52,645 bases of DNA from an uncultured Anaerolineales bacterium (lineage in GTDB: Bacteria > Chloroflexota > Anaerolineae > UBA7937 > B3-Chlor). The first letter of the stretch is position 1; the number at the start of each line of letters is the position of its first letter. The DNA lies in contig CAZNMJ010000002.1 of assembly GCA_964573815.1 (NCBI GenBank), positions 1 through 52,645 of the forward strand, in the 5' to 3' direction. Under the pieces are notes generated by a model, which saw nothing but the letters and a program-made list of their open reading frames with translations, was not told the origin of the DNA and searched no databases. Position numbers and translations under genes: made by a program. This document shows positions 44,870-52,645 of this stretch, in pieces.

Positions 44870-45676
44870 TTAGCAGGCGTTGTTTTCCGGGCCGCTGGCG
44901 TGCTGACGATCCAGTTCCACAGCGATGGCTTCGGCTTCTTTCACTAGTTGGGGGGCCATCTCGAAGATAGCCACGCCTTTCATGTCTGCTTCAATCGCTG
45001 CTGGGCTGTAGGAGAGGAAGCCTAGAATAGGGAGGTCAGGGCCCTGCTCCCGAATGAACTGCCGGTCTGCTTCATCGCGAACGCTGTTGCCCACGAGATA
45101 GAGCCGAGGAATGCCGATGTCTTGCGCCAGCTTCCGAATCAACTCCGCTGTCTGGAGGCTTCGGCGGCCTGGTTCCACCACGATGACGAAGGCATCCACC
45201 GCCTGGGCTGTGGCGCGACCGAGATGCTCCACACCAGCCTCCATGTCCATGATCACCTCTTCAGAGCCCCGCTGAAGCAGGAGGTGAGTTACGAGCGTCT
45301 TCAAGAGGACACTTTCGGGGCAGATGCAACCTGCGCCCCCTTTCTTGACAGTGCCGAGTTGGAGCAGCCTTATGCCCTGGTGAGTGGCACTGAAGCGGTC
45401 CGGAATGTCGTCGACCCTGGGGTTCATCTTGAACCACCCGCCGACGCCCCCCGGCCTCGCACCCGTGCGCTCTTCAATCAAGTCTTCCATCTCAGCGATA
45501 GGTGTGATCTGGTCTACGAGCTCGCGAGGAAACCCCAAGGCCCAGGCCAAGTTGGGTGAGGGATCGGCATCGATGAGTATGACCTTTCTTCCCTGCTGGG
45601 CATAGGTGTGGGCCAACAGACTGGTGAGTGTGGTCTTCCCCACTCCACCTTTTCCGGTTACAGCTATCTTGGACAA
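44870..45676 (-). CDS. cooC: CooC-type P-loop ATPase (Ni-insertion accessory protein family, MinD/ParA fold)
   Basis: IAVTGKGGVGKTTL deviant Walker A, IDADPSPNL, and the CxC metal motif GAGCICPES. Confidence 0.85.
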   Translation of the reverse strand: MSKIAVTGKGGVGKTTLTSLLAHTYAQQGRKVILIDADPSPNLAWALGFPRELVDQITPIAEMEDLIEERTGARPGGVGGWFKMNPRVDDIPDRFSATHQGIRLLQLGTVKKGGAGCICPESVLLKTLVTHLLLQRGSEEVIMDMEAGVEHLGRATAQAVDAFVIVVEPGRRSLQTAELIRKLAQDIGIPRLYLVGNSVRDEADRQFIREQGPDLPILGFLSYSPAAIEADMKGVAIFEMAPQLVKEAEAIAVELDRQHASGPENNAC

Positions 45677-45719
45677 AATGCAACCTCCGTGATCCGAGTT
45701 GGAACTCCCATTCGCGGCG

Positions 45720-46505
45720 CTAGAGCAACCCGTCTAGGGAGTCGAAGGCCGCTTTCACCGCGCGGCGTGCAGGCGTATCCTCGGGTAGCTCCACCAGAGG
45801 ACGACCTATGGCATCGAACTCGGCCACCAAGGGATCCAAGGGAATTAGACCTGCCAGCCTGAGCTGCCTATCGGCGATGAACTGCTGCAGTTGGGGAGCC
45901 AAAGTTGGGACAGCTTGCTCATCAGTCGGCACCCGGTTCACCATGAGGCGAATGTGACCCACGTGGGTCTTCAGTTCGTGGATCAACTGGGCCACCCTCT
46001 CTGCCGTGGCCAAGCCTCGCATCGTGGGGTCGGAGATAATGAGAAGCAGGTCAACATTCTGAGTTGTGCGACGGCTTAGATGCTCTAGGCCGGCCTCATT
46101 GTCGATGATCACATAGTCATAGGACCTGGAGAGGCGATCAATCGTGGCACGTAGCATATTGTTGGCAGCGCAGTAGCAGCCTGGGCCTTCCGGACGTCCC
46201 ATTGCCAGTAGATCGAAACCTTCTTCCTCGACCAGGGCCTGATTGATTCGTAACTCCAGATACTCGGGCTTGCTGATGCCACTCATGAAAGTTCCCGAGC
46301 TAACCTGCTCCGCGGTCTCCTCTCGGATGCCCCCCACGGTCTCGTCAATGGAGGTGCCCAAGGTAAGGTCGAGGTTGGTACTGGGGTCAGCATCTATGGC
46401 CAGCACTGTCCTCCGCTGGTCGTCTACCAGGTACTTTATCAGCAAGGCGGATACCATAGTCTTGCCGGTGCCGCCTTTGCCGGCGACAGCAATTATCTTT
46501 CCCAT
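45720..46505 (-). CDS. cooC: CooC/AcsF-type P-loop ATPase, second paralogue
   Basis: IAVAGKGGTGKTMV, IDADPSTNL, and the CxC motif GPGCYCAANN. Confidence 0.85.
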   Translation of the reverse strand: MGKIIAVAGKGGTGKTMVSALLIKYLVDDQRRTVLAIDADPSTNLDLTLGTSIDETVGGIREETAEQVSSGTFMSGISKPEYLELRINQALVEEEGFDLLAMGRPEGPGCYCAANNMLRATIDRLSRSYDYVIIDNEAGLEHLSRRTTQNVDLLLIISDPTMRGLATAERVAQLIHELKTHVGHIRLMVNRVPTDEQAVPTLAPQLQQFIADRQLRLAGLIPLDPLVAEFDAIGRPLVELPEDTPARRAVKAAFDSLDGLL

Positions 46506-46596
46506 GTTGCTTCCCTTACTGCACTATCAAGTAGCGAGGTGTTGTGACATTCGCTGGTACACAACTCCTCTCGCGACCACAGCGTCGCCCCAGCGA

Positions 46597-47016
46597 TCAA
46601 GCCTCATCTTGGATGATCGTGTAGCTACTGGTAATCTCTGCAATGCCCGATAGGGTGGAGCCCACAGAGCAGTACTTCTCTTGCGAGAGCATGATTGCCT
46701 GTTCTACCACGGGCCTGGTTAACCCGGTCCCGCGCAGCGTGTACTCCAGGTGGATCTTCCGGAAGGTCCACGGTGGATCAGGATCTTGTTCGCCGGTCAC
46801 CTGGATTTCCAGACCAGACAGATTCTGCCGTCGCTTCTTAAGAGTGGAGACCACATCTATGCCCGTGCATCCTGCCAGCGCGACTAGCAGCAATTCCGAG
46901 GGCTTCAGGCCGGCGGCCTTCTCTCGCGGTTGCCCAGACATGACCACACTATGCCGTGTGCTGTCCGTGCCCACAAACTCCCGTTCTCCTATCCACTTGA
47001 CCATTGCCTCAGCCAC
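46597..47016 (-). CDS. osmC: OsmC-family peroxiredoxin-like protein
   Basis: SELLLVALAGCTGIDVV and a second conserved Cys in KYCSVG. GTG start with GGAGG 5 nt upstream. Confidence 0.88.
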   Translation of the reverse strand: MAEAMVKWIGEREFVGTDSTRHSVVMSGQPREKAAGLKPSELLLVALAGCTGIDVVSTLKKRRQNLSGLEIQVTGEQDPDPPWTFRKIHLEYTLRGTGLTRPVVEQAIMLSQEKYCSVGSTLSGIAEITSSYTIIQDEA

Positions 47017-47086
47017 GACTACCTCCGGGGTTATACGCTAGATGTTGATGAATTGTGCCCCCACGCGAAATAGGAAGGGAGTACTA

Positions 47087-47115
47087 TTGACTGGCAATAC
47101 GAAACCTGCTAAGAT
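47087..47115 (+). promoter_or_regulatory. Possible plus-strand promoter inside the ORF-free gap (would drive a short hairpin-terminated RNA)
   Basis: TTGACT (47087-47092), 17-nt spacer, TAAGAT (47110-47115). About 35 nt downstream lies the 47152-47183 hairpin, followed by TTTCATT. Confidence 0.25.
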
Positions 47116-47116
47116 T

Positions 47117-47164
47117 GTGAGAGGGGAGGTTTCTCCTCTTTTTCCTCTAAGTGAGAGACGAGGT
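47117..47164. repeat. Two 14-nt direct repeats (GTGAGAGGGGAGGT / GTGAGAGACGAGGT), each followed by a pyrimidine-rich complement
   Basis: Read directly: 47117-47130 and 47151-47164 are 12/14 identical and 34 nt apart. Each is followed by a CCTC-rich segment that can pair with it. Confidence 0.6.
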
Positions 47165-47183
47165 GCCGGGACCTCGCCTCTCA
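47152..47183. other. Strong 13-position hairpin
   Basis: TGAGAGACGAGGT-GCCGGG-ACCTCGCCTCTCA. As minus-strand RNA all 13 positions pair (one G-U). As plus-strand RNA the same position is an A-C mismatch. Confidence 0.6.
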
Positions 47184-47513
47184 TTTCATTAGGCCACATT
47201 TGTCGTTCCTCGAACTGCGGGCCTCTCAGCCGGAAGGCCAATGAGGGTGACCACGAAGTCACCCATGGGATGGCCACGGGGTACAAAGTTCGGGGCAGCC
47301 CTTTCTTGCCTAGGCGGCTATCCTCCTCCACTGTGCTGTCGGTGGGGAGCTGCGCTGTATTGCCTCATGACCGGTCCTCTGTCAAACCAGACCATGTCGA
47401 CGCTGGTACGCCGCTCATCTCAGTGTTGGAGGTGGTTTGCCACCAACTGTTGGCTGCTATGGGGCCGCAAACCGCTGACTGGGCACAGTCCAGGTCTTGG
47501 ACCTCGAGACCTG

Positions 47514-47765
47514 CTATTGTACCTTGTACACTGTGTCGTTCGGACGCACCTTCTGATCGAGCTTGAGGGCAATCTCCTGGCCAGCTTCGGCCTTCTCGAT
47601 GGGCTGGTGCTCGATCTGCATTGATTCCACCGTCTGTGTGAAATCTCGGTTGCCTCCCTTGATGCGAACCGCATCCCCGAGTTGGAGCGGCGCCGTCAGC
47701 TCGATGACCGCTACGCCAATCTTGGAGAAGTAGTTCGTGATCCTTCCGATTTCCTTTTCCGCCAT
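47514..47765 (-). CDS. Small translation-elongation-factor-like protein (EF-Tu domain-2-like beta-barrel)
   Basis: 83 aa; IGRITNYFSKIGVAVIELTAPLQLGDAVRIKGGNRDFTQTVESMQIEHQPIEKAEAGQEIALKL resembles the stand-alone EF-Tu-D2-like proteins. Confidence 0.7.
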   Translation of the reverse strand: MAEKEIGRITNYFSKIGVAVIELTAPLQLGDAVRIKGGNRDFTQTVESMQIEHQPIEKAEAGQEIALKLDQKVRPNDTVYKVQ

Positions 47766-47966
47766 TGGTAGATCCCTCCCTTCAATCGTCCATCAGAGGC
47801 TCAGCATTCTGCAACATCCACCAGACCTCTGCGTTGCACGGCTCGACACCCTATCGCAGATCCCCCAAATACTTCCTTTTCGCGTTCCCAGGGCAAGCTC
47901 TCAACGAGCCCAAGAGGGCCTCTGAGCGAGCTGTGATTCTATTGGTACTGTCGCTGAGCAATACAC

Positions 47967-48167
47967 TCACGGGGTCCCCAAGTCCTCGACAGCGATATCG
48001 ACGTATTTGTCTCCCTCTTCGATGAGCATGATGGGGATACCGTCACGAATCGGATACTTACGTCGACACTCGTCGTTGCTGCAAATCAGCCAAGAGTCCT
48101 TGGCCAGTTGCACCTTGGTCTTGCAGGCAGGGCAAGCCAGGATGGCCAACAAGTCATCACTGATCAT
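47967..48167 (-). CDS. Trm112-family protein
   Basis: LLAILACPACKTKV ... CRRKYPIRDGIPIMLIEE (zinc-ribbon CPxC...C plus the IRDGIP motif). ATG 48167 is preceded by AGAGGAG. The ORF-track TTG 48209 lies in the predicted 5' UTR. Confidence 0.8.
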   Translation of the reverse strand: MISDDLLAILACPACKTKVQLAKDSWLICSNDECRRKYPIRDGIPIMLIEEGDKYVDIAVEDLGTP

Positions 48168-48211
48168 GTCCGTTTCTCCTCTCTCTTCATGCGGAGCCCT
48201 CCGATGCAACT

Positions 48212-48240
48212 ACTATATCATAGATCGAACCCAAGCTCAA
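48212..48240 (-). promoter_or_regulatory. Promoter candidate for the Trm112-family gene
   Basis: On the minus strand: TTGAGC (48240-48235), 17-nt spacer, TATAGT (48217-48212). Confidence 0.45.
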
Positions 48241-48259
48241 ACCTTAAGGGCGGGGTTGC

Positions 48260-48289
48260 TTGTTGGTGCGCTCTATGCTATGCTATGAT
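48260..48289 (+). promoter_or_regulatory. Promoter candidate for rpsB-tsf
   Basis: TTGTTG (48260-48265), 18-nt spacer, TGCTATGAT (extended -10, TATGAT 48284-48289). This leaves a leader of about 125 nt before ATG 48421. Confidence 0.4.
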
Positions 48290-48420
48290 ATTAGGGATAT
48301 GCATAGAAAACACGCCTTCGGACCGAGCGGGGGGTGCCTGTATTATCCTGCGTCGGGTTGGTCAGGTTCCTGCCAGGGGCGATGAAGGCGGAAGTCTAAA
48401 ACGAAAAAGGCGGTGCAAAC

Positions 48421-49353
48421 ATGGCGATAGTAGAAATGAAGGAGTTACTGGAGGCCGGTGTCCACTTTGGTCACCGCGTGAAACGATGGCACCCCAAGAT
48501 GCGTTCCTACATCTTCACGGAGCGCAACGGGATCCACATCATTGACATCCAGCAGACCATACGGAGGTTGGAGGCTGCCACCGATCTGATCAAGGACGAC
48601 ATCAGCGATGGTGGGATGATCCTGTTCGTCGGCACGAAGAAGCAAGCACAGGAGCATGTTGCCGAGGCAGCTGAGAGGTGCGGGATGCCCTACGTCAACC
48701 AACGTTGGCTAGGCGGGACACTCACCAATTACCGCACCATTCGTCAGCGCATTGACTACTTGATCGGCTTGGAGCAGAGCTTTGAAAGGGGAGAGTTCGA
48801 GAAGCTCACCAAGAAGGAGATCCTTGGTCTCGAGCGAAAGATGTCCAAGCTGAATCGAAGGTTGGGGGGCATCAAGAACATGGATCGTCTACCCAGTATG
48901 GTGTTCATCACCGATGTTCGACGGGAGCACATCGCGGTCAAGGAAGCGAATAAGTTGGACATCCCGATCATTGCCATGGTCGACACCAATTGTGATCCCA
49001 CGCCGATCGACCATGTGATTCCAGCCAATGATGATGCTATCCGATCCATCAAGCTGATATCGAGCAAGCTCGCTGATGCAGTTCTCGAGGGACAACAGAT
49101 ACGGGCTGCTCTTCTGGCTGAGGAGGAAGAGGAGGTGTTGGAGCCGACCGACGAATTGGCTGAGCGCCTGCCGGAAGAGGAGGTGCCTGTGCTAGTTGAG
49201 GAGTTTGTGGCTCCAGAGGAGACGCCGCTGGAGCTGGCCGAGGAACAGGTCGTCCAGGGAGAGGTTGATTCAGTTGAGGTCTCGCAGGACGACGAAGTCG
49301 TTGACCTGGATGTTGAATCGGCAAGCACTGAGGAGACAGGCGAAGGAGAATAG
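48421..49353 (+). CDS. rpsB: 30S ribosomal protein S2 with acidic C-terminal tail
   Basis: [22 protein letters not shown] and VDTNCDP. The last 78 aa or so are E/V/P-rich. Confidence 0.95.
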   Translation: MAIVEMKELLEAGVHFGHRVKRWHPKMRSYIFTERNGIHIIDIQQTIRRLEAATDLIKDDISDGGMILFVGTKKQAQEHVAEAAERCGMPYVNQRWLGGTLTNYRTIRQRIDYLIGLEQSFERGEFEKLTKKEILGLERKMSKLNRRLGGIKNMDRLPSMVFITDVRREHIAVKEANKLDIPIIAMVDTNCDPTPIDHVIPANDDAIRSIKLISSKLADAVLEGQQIRAALLAEEEEEVLEPTDELAERLPEEEVPVLVEEFVAPEETPLELAEEQVVQGEVDSVEVSQDDEVVDLDVESASTEETGEGE

Positions 49354-49968
49354 ATGGCTATCACCACTGAGATGGTAAAGGACCTCCGGGAGCGAACGGG
49401 TGCCGGAGTATTGGACTGCAAGAAGGCTCTCGAAGAAGTGGATGGCGACATGGAAAAGGCGATGGAGCTCTTGCAGGAGAAAGGCTTCGCCATCGCCGCG
49501 AAGAAGGCTGAGCGGGAGGCCAATGAAGGACTGGTGGAGGCGTATATCCACGCCGGGGGCAAGCTCGGAGTCCTCCTGGAGTTGAATTGTGAGACGGATT
49601 TCGTAGCCCGGACAGAGGATTTCCGAGGATTGGCTCACGATCTGGCGATGCAGGTTGCCGCAACGAGCCCGCGCTATCTAGCGCCAGAGGATATTCCGGC
49701 GGAGGTGTTGCAACGGGAACGGCAGTGGCAGCGCGAGCACGTGGGAGAGGGCAAGTCCGAAGATGTTATTGAGAGGATTGTGGAAGGCAAACTGCGGAAG
49801 TACTATGAGGAGGTTTGTCTTCTTGAACAGCCCTTTATCAAGGACGAAGGCGTGACCGTACGGGATCTAGTCACCAGCAAGATAGCTAAATTGGGCGAGA
49901 ACATCAAAGTGCGACGGTTCGCACGGTTCGAGCTTGGGGAAGACTCGGCCACGTGGGCGTTGGCGTGA
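49354..49968 (+). CDS. tsf: Translation elongation factor Ts (short form)
   Basis: [24 protein letters not shown] and [14 protein letters not shown]. The ATG directly abuts the rpsB stop. Confidence 0.93.
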   Translation: MAITTEMVKDLRERTGAGVLDCKKALEEVDGDMEKAMELLQEKGFAIAAKKAEREANEGLVEAYIHAGGKLGVLLELNCETDFVARTEDFRGLAHDLAMQVAATSPRYLAPEDIPAEVLQRERQWQREHVGEGKSEDVIERIVEGKLRKYYEEVCLLEQPFIKDEGVTVRDLVTSKIAKLGENIKVRRFARFELGEDSATWALA

Positions 49969-50052
49969 GCTGGTTGACGAGACGGCACGTGCAGATGTGG
50001 TCCTTGCACTTGTAGGGACTCTGTCTACACTAGTGCGTCGCGGTGAATTAGC

Positions 50053-50781
50053 GTGTGTAAAGGCGCTGAACTCAAGTATAAGAGAATACTGCTGAAGCTG
50101 GGAGGTGAAGCGCTCGCCGAGGCAGATGGCGACGGCATAGATGCCCAGAGGCTGGAGGAGGTTGCCTCGTTAATCAAGACGGTCAAGGACTGTGGCGTTG
50201 AGGTGGCCATCGTCATCGGTGCAGGAAACATCTGGCGAGGTCAGGATGGCATAGCCCAGGGCATGGACCGCTCCACCGCCGATCACATGGGCATGTTGGC
50301 CACGGTGATCAACGCTTTGGCACTACAGGATGCTCTTGAAAGGATCGGCGTAACGACACGAGTGCAGACGGCGATTGAGATGCGAGCCGTGGCTGAACCA
50401 TACATCAGGCTCAGGGCTATCCGCCACCTAGAGAAAGGGCGGGTGGTGATTATGGGGGCGGGCACGGGCAACCCCTATTTCACTACAGACTCCGCCGCTG
50501 CGCTGAGAGCCATGGAAGTTGACGCGGATATCTTGATCAAGGCCACCAAGGTGGACGCCGTCTATGATGCTGACCCAGAGGTGGAGCCGGATGCCAGGAA
50601 GCTAGATCGACTGACTTATCTTGAGGCGCTCGAACTGAGGGTGGGTGTGATGGACAGTACTGCTATCTCATTGTGTATGGACAACGACATGCCCATCATC
50701 GTTGTCAATCTCTGGGTTCCGGACAGTCTGGTTAGACTCGTCCGGGGTGAGAGTTTGGGCACCTTGGTGAGCGCTGGCTGA
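50053..50781 (+). CDS. pyrH: UMP kinase
   Basis: [21 protein letters not shown] and [23 protein letters not shown]. Confidence 0.93.
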   Translation: MCKGAELKYKRILLKLGGEALAEADGDGIDAQRLEEVASLIKTVKDCGVEVAIVIGAGNIWRGQDGIAQGMDRSTADHMGMLATVINALALQDALERIGVTTRVQTAIEMRAVAEPYIRLRAIRHLEKGRVVIMGAGTGNPYFTTDSAAALRAMEVDADILIKATKVDAVYDADPEVEPDARKLDRLTYLEALELRVGVMDSTAISLCMDNDMPIIVVNLWVPDSLVRLVRGESLGTLVSAG

Positions 50782-50811
50782 CCACTGTCGAGTGGGAGGG
50801 GGAGGGTCCCT

Positions 50812-51369
50812 ATGATAGATGACGTGTTGAAGGAGACCGAGGAACGGATGCGGAAAAGTGTCGAGGTCCTGCAGAGTGATCTCAGGAACATCAGAACTGG
50901 AAGGGCGTCTCCCGCACTGGTCGAACGCCTTCAGGTTGACTACTACGGTACTCAGGTCCCTCTCAACCAGCTATCCAGCATTTCTGTACCCGAGGCACGG
51001 CTATTGGTCATCCGTCCGTATGATCCGTCTTCTTTGCCCGAGATCGAGAAAGCGATCCTGAAGTCGGAACTGGGTTTGACCCCTGCCAATGACGGCAAGG
51101 TCATCCGCCTGTCGATCCCGCGCCTGACTGAAGAACGTCGTCTCGAGCTCGTCAGGATGGTACAGAAGAGGGTTGAGGAAGGGAGGGTCGCAGTCCGCAA
51201 CTGCAGGCGGGATGGTCTGCAGGACATGAAGGAACTAGAGAAGGAGAAACTCATCTCCGAAGATGATTTCTACCGCGGCAAGGACAGGATACAAGAGTTG
51301 ACAGACAAGTATGTGGATAAGATGGAAGAGATTGGCGCGGCGAAGGAAGAGCAGATAATGGAAGTCTAG
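50812..51369 (+). CDS. frr: Ribosome recycling factor
   Basis: LRNIRTGRASPALVERLQVDYYG and IPRLTEERRLELVR. Confidence 0.95.
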   Translation: MIDDVLKETEERMRKSVEVLQSDLRNIRTGRASPALVERLQVDYYGTQVPLNQLSSISVPEARLLVIRPYDPSSLPEIEKAILKSELGLTPANDGKVIRLSIPRLTEERRLELVRMVQKRVEEGRVAVRNCRRDGLQDMKELEKEKLISEDDFYRGKDRIQELTDKYVDKMEEIGAAKEEQIMEV

Positions 51370-51378
51370 AGGGGGGAT

Positions 51379-52092
51379 ATGGACGTCACTGAGCCGACAT
51401 CAACCATACCCCATCACATCGGCATCATCATGGATGGCAATGGTCGCTGGGCCCAAGAGCACGGTCTTCCGCGCCTGGAAGGGCATCGGGCAGGCACCGA
51501 GAATATCCGACGCGTCTTAGAGGCCTGCGGCGAATACGGGATAAAGATCGTCACTATCTACGCCTTTTCCACGGAGAATTGGCAGCGCCCTTTGGAAGAG
51601 GTGCGGGGCCTGATGAAGATCTTGGAGCGCGTTCTGGAGAGAGAGGTCGAGAAGTTGCACCGCGAAGGTGTCAAGCTGCGCCACATCGGTGAATTGGAGG
51701 GTTTGTCCGATAGTTTGAGAGAGGCAGTGTTGAACGCTATCGAGTTGACCAAGGACAACGACCGCCTGACGTTGAACGTCGCTTTCAACTACGGCGGGCG
51801 CACAGAGATAGTGCGTGGCGCGCGGAAGTTGGTGGAAATGAACGTCGACCCTTCCGATGTAGATGAGGAGCTCTTCAGTCAGTACCTATACACGGCTGGA
51901 CTACCCGACCCCGACCTGATCATCCGCACCGGCGGTGAGATGAGACTGAGCAACTTTCTCATCTGGCAGTCTGCCTATGCGGAGTACTACTCTACTCCTA
52001 CCTATTGGCCCGATTTCGACAAGGAGGAGCTCTACAGAGCGCTGCAGGCTTACGCTCAGCGAGACAGACGCTTTGGCAGGCTGAAGGTGTAG
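51379..52092 (+). CDS. uppS: Isoprenyl transferase (undecaprenyl-diphosphate synthase type)
   Basis: HIGIIMDGNGRWA, TIYAFSTENW and IRTGGEMRLSNFLIWQSAYAE. Confidence 0.93.
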   Translation: MDVTEPTSTIPHHIGIIMDGNGRWAQEHGLPRLEGHRAGTENIRRVLEACGEYGIKIVTIYAFSTENWQRPLEEVRGLMKILERVLEREVEKLHREGVKLRHIGELEGLSDSLREAVLNAIELTKDNDRLTLNVAFNYGGRTEIVRGARKLVEMNVDPSDVDEELFSQYLYTAGLPDPDLIIRTGGEMRLSNFLIWQSAYAEYYSTPTYWPDFDKEELYRALQAYAQRDRRFGRLKV

Positions 52093-52093
52093 G

Positions 52094-52645
52094 TTGTCCG
52101 TTCTCCACCGTCGCATCACAAGTGGTGTGGTCTATGGGTTGCTGACCCTCTCGGTGGTGTGCCTCGGTGGGCTACCATTCTATGCCGCAGTGCTTGCCAT
52201 GGTCATCTTGGCTGGGCGCGAGTATCAGCGGATGCTAGCTATCGGCGGGTATCGGCCCTTCTATGCACTTCAGTATGGATTGACGGCGTTCCTCTTGCTT
52301 GGCGTTGTCTTTCTCCCTCCGGAAGCGATTCTGGGTGGGTTTACCCTGATTCTAATCTCTTCCTTCGCTTGGCAGCTGACGAGGACCGCTGAGGCAGAAG
52401 AGCCGTTTGTTGACTGGGCGCTGAGTCTGGCCGGCGCGCTGTACGTGGGTTGGCTGGCCAGCCATTTCATACTGCTCAGGGAACTGCCAGGCGGGTTGGG
52501 TTGGGTATTGCTGGCGGTGCTTGCGACGTGGCTCTGCGACAGCTTTGCCTACATATTTGGCAGGGTCTGGGGGAAGTATCCCTTCTTTCCTCGCATCAGT
52601 CCCAAGAAGACCTGGGAAGGAACCTTGGGAGGATGGGTGGGGGGT
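52094..52645 (+). CDS. cdsA: Phosphatidate cytidylyltransferase, N-terminal part (3' end outside the window)
   Basis: Hand translation from TTG 52094, open to the window edge and therefore absent from the ORF track. It gives hydrophobic TM segments ending in CDSFAYIFGRVWGKYPFFPRISPKKTWEGTLGGW, the CdsA signature, in the expected frr-uppS-cdsA order. Confidence 0.85.
   Translation, partial: MSVLHRRITSGVVYGLLTLSVVCLGGLPFYAAVLAMVILAGREYQRMLAIGGYRPFYALQYGLTAFLLLGVVFLPPEAILGGFTLILISSFAWQLTRTAEAEEPFVDWALSLAGALYVGWLASHFILLRELPGGLGWVLLAVLATWLCDSFAYIFGRVWGKYPFFPRISPKKTWEGTLGGWVGG

Noticed and set aside
47017-47513. Tried to read the gap as RNase P RNA, tmRNA, SRP RNA, a hammerhead or a ZTP/cobalamin riboswitch. 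Look-alike strings seen on the minus strand were GGCAAACCACCUCC (RNase P J11/12-like), GACAGAGGACCGGUCAU (CR-V-like), GCAGUUCGAGGAACGACAAAUGUGGCCUAAUGA (tag-ORF-like), CUAAUGA and CCGCCUAGGCA (ZTP-like). GCCGGAAGGCC (SRP tetraloop-like) was also seen.
   Set aside because: The near-invariant cores are missing: no GAGGAAAGUCC, no ACAGAAnCCGGCUUA, no tRNA-like GGUUCGAnUCC...CCACCA 3' end, no GUCCGGAAGGAAGCAGC, and the hammerhead G5 is absent. The order and spacing of the look-alike strings do not fit any of these families. This is left as unassigned pending an Infernal scan.

Overview
Moderately GC-rich, densely coding bacterial chromosome segment with about 55 CDS. I found no rRNA, tRNA, CRISPR array, transposase or integrase by eye. 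Content is mostly core housekeeping in long co-directional strings. (i) Plus strand 1-6844: a CapA-like fragment, a RodZ-type-HTH/M1-peptidase fusion, a CapA/FG-GAP lipoprotein, an M14 carboxypeptidase lipoprotein and era. (ii) Minus strand 19863-7938: proS, then nusA-ylxR-infB-rbfA-nrnA-truB-ribF running without an obvious terminator into archease-GYD-rtcB. (iii) Minus strand 29307-22662: two thiolases, an SDR, an acyl-CoA dehydrogenase, an acyl-CoA carboxyltransferase and RNase HI. (iv) 29760-36296: a cytoplasmic 4xGAF-PAS hybrid histidine kinase, DUF1992, an HTH-REC regulator and a divergent Amt channel. (v) 36315-41365: a compact ThpR / LOG-like / PRTase operon, a PIG-L deacetylase, an NTF2-like lipoprotein and adenine deaminase. 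(vi) 41484-46505: a Fur-family regulator, a CbiM-PDGLE-CbiQ-CbiO ECF Ni/Co importer and two CooC-type ATPases. (vii) OsmC, a 497-nt ORF-free hairpin-rich gap, two small translation-related genes, then rpsB-tsf-pyrH-frr-uppS-cdsA. There is no recognisable defence or mobile island. The items most worth a second look are the ThpR/LOG/PRTase operon, RNA-repair genes appended to the nusA-infB string, the unusual envelope fusions at the left edge, the unexplained 47017-47513 region, a DUF1992 gene whose conserved N-terminus has no canonical start codon, and a recurring TGGTAnnAT extended -10 signature often paired with very short leaders. Two edge-truncated genes absent from the ORF track (1-252 and 52094-52645) were recovered by hand translation. 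All calls rest on by-eye motif recognition; no searches or folding computations were run.
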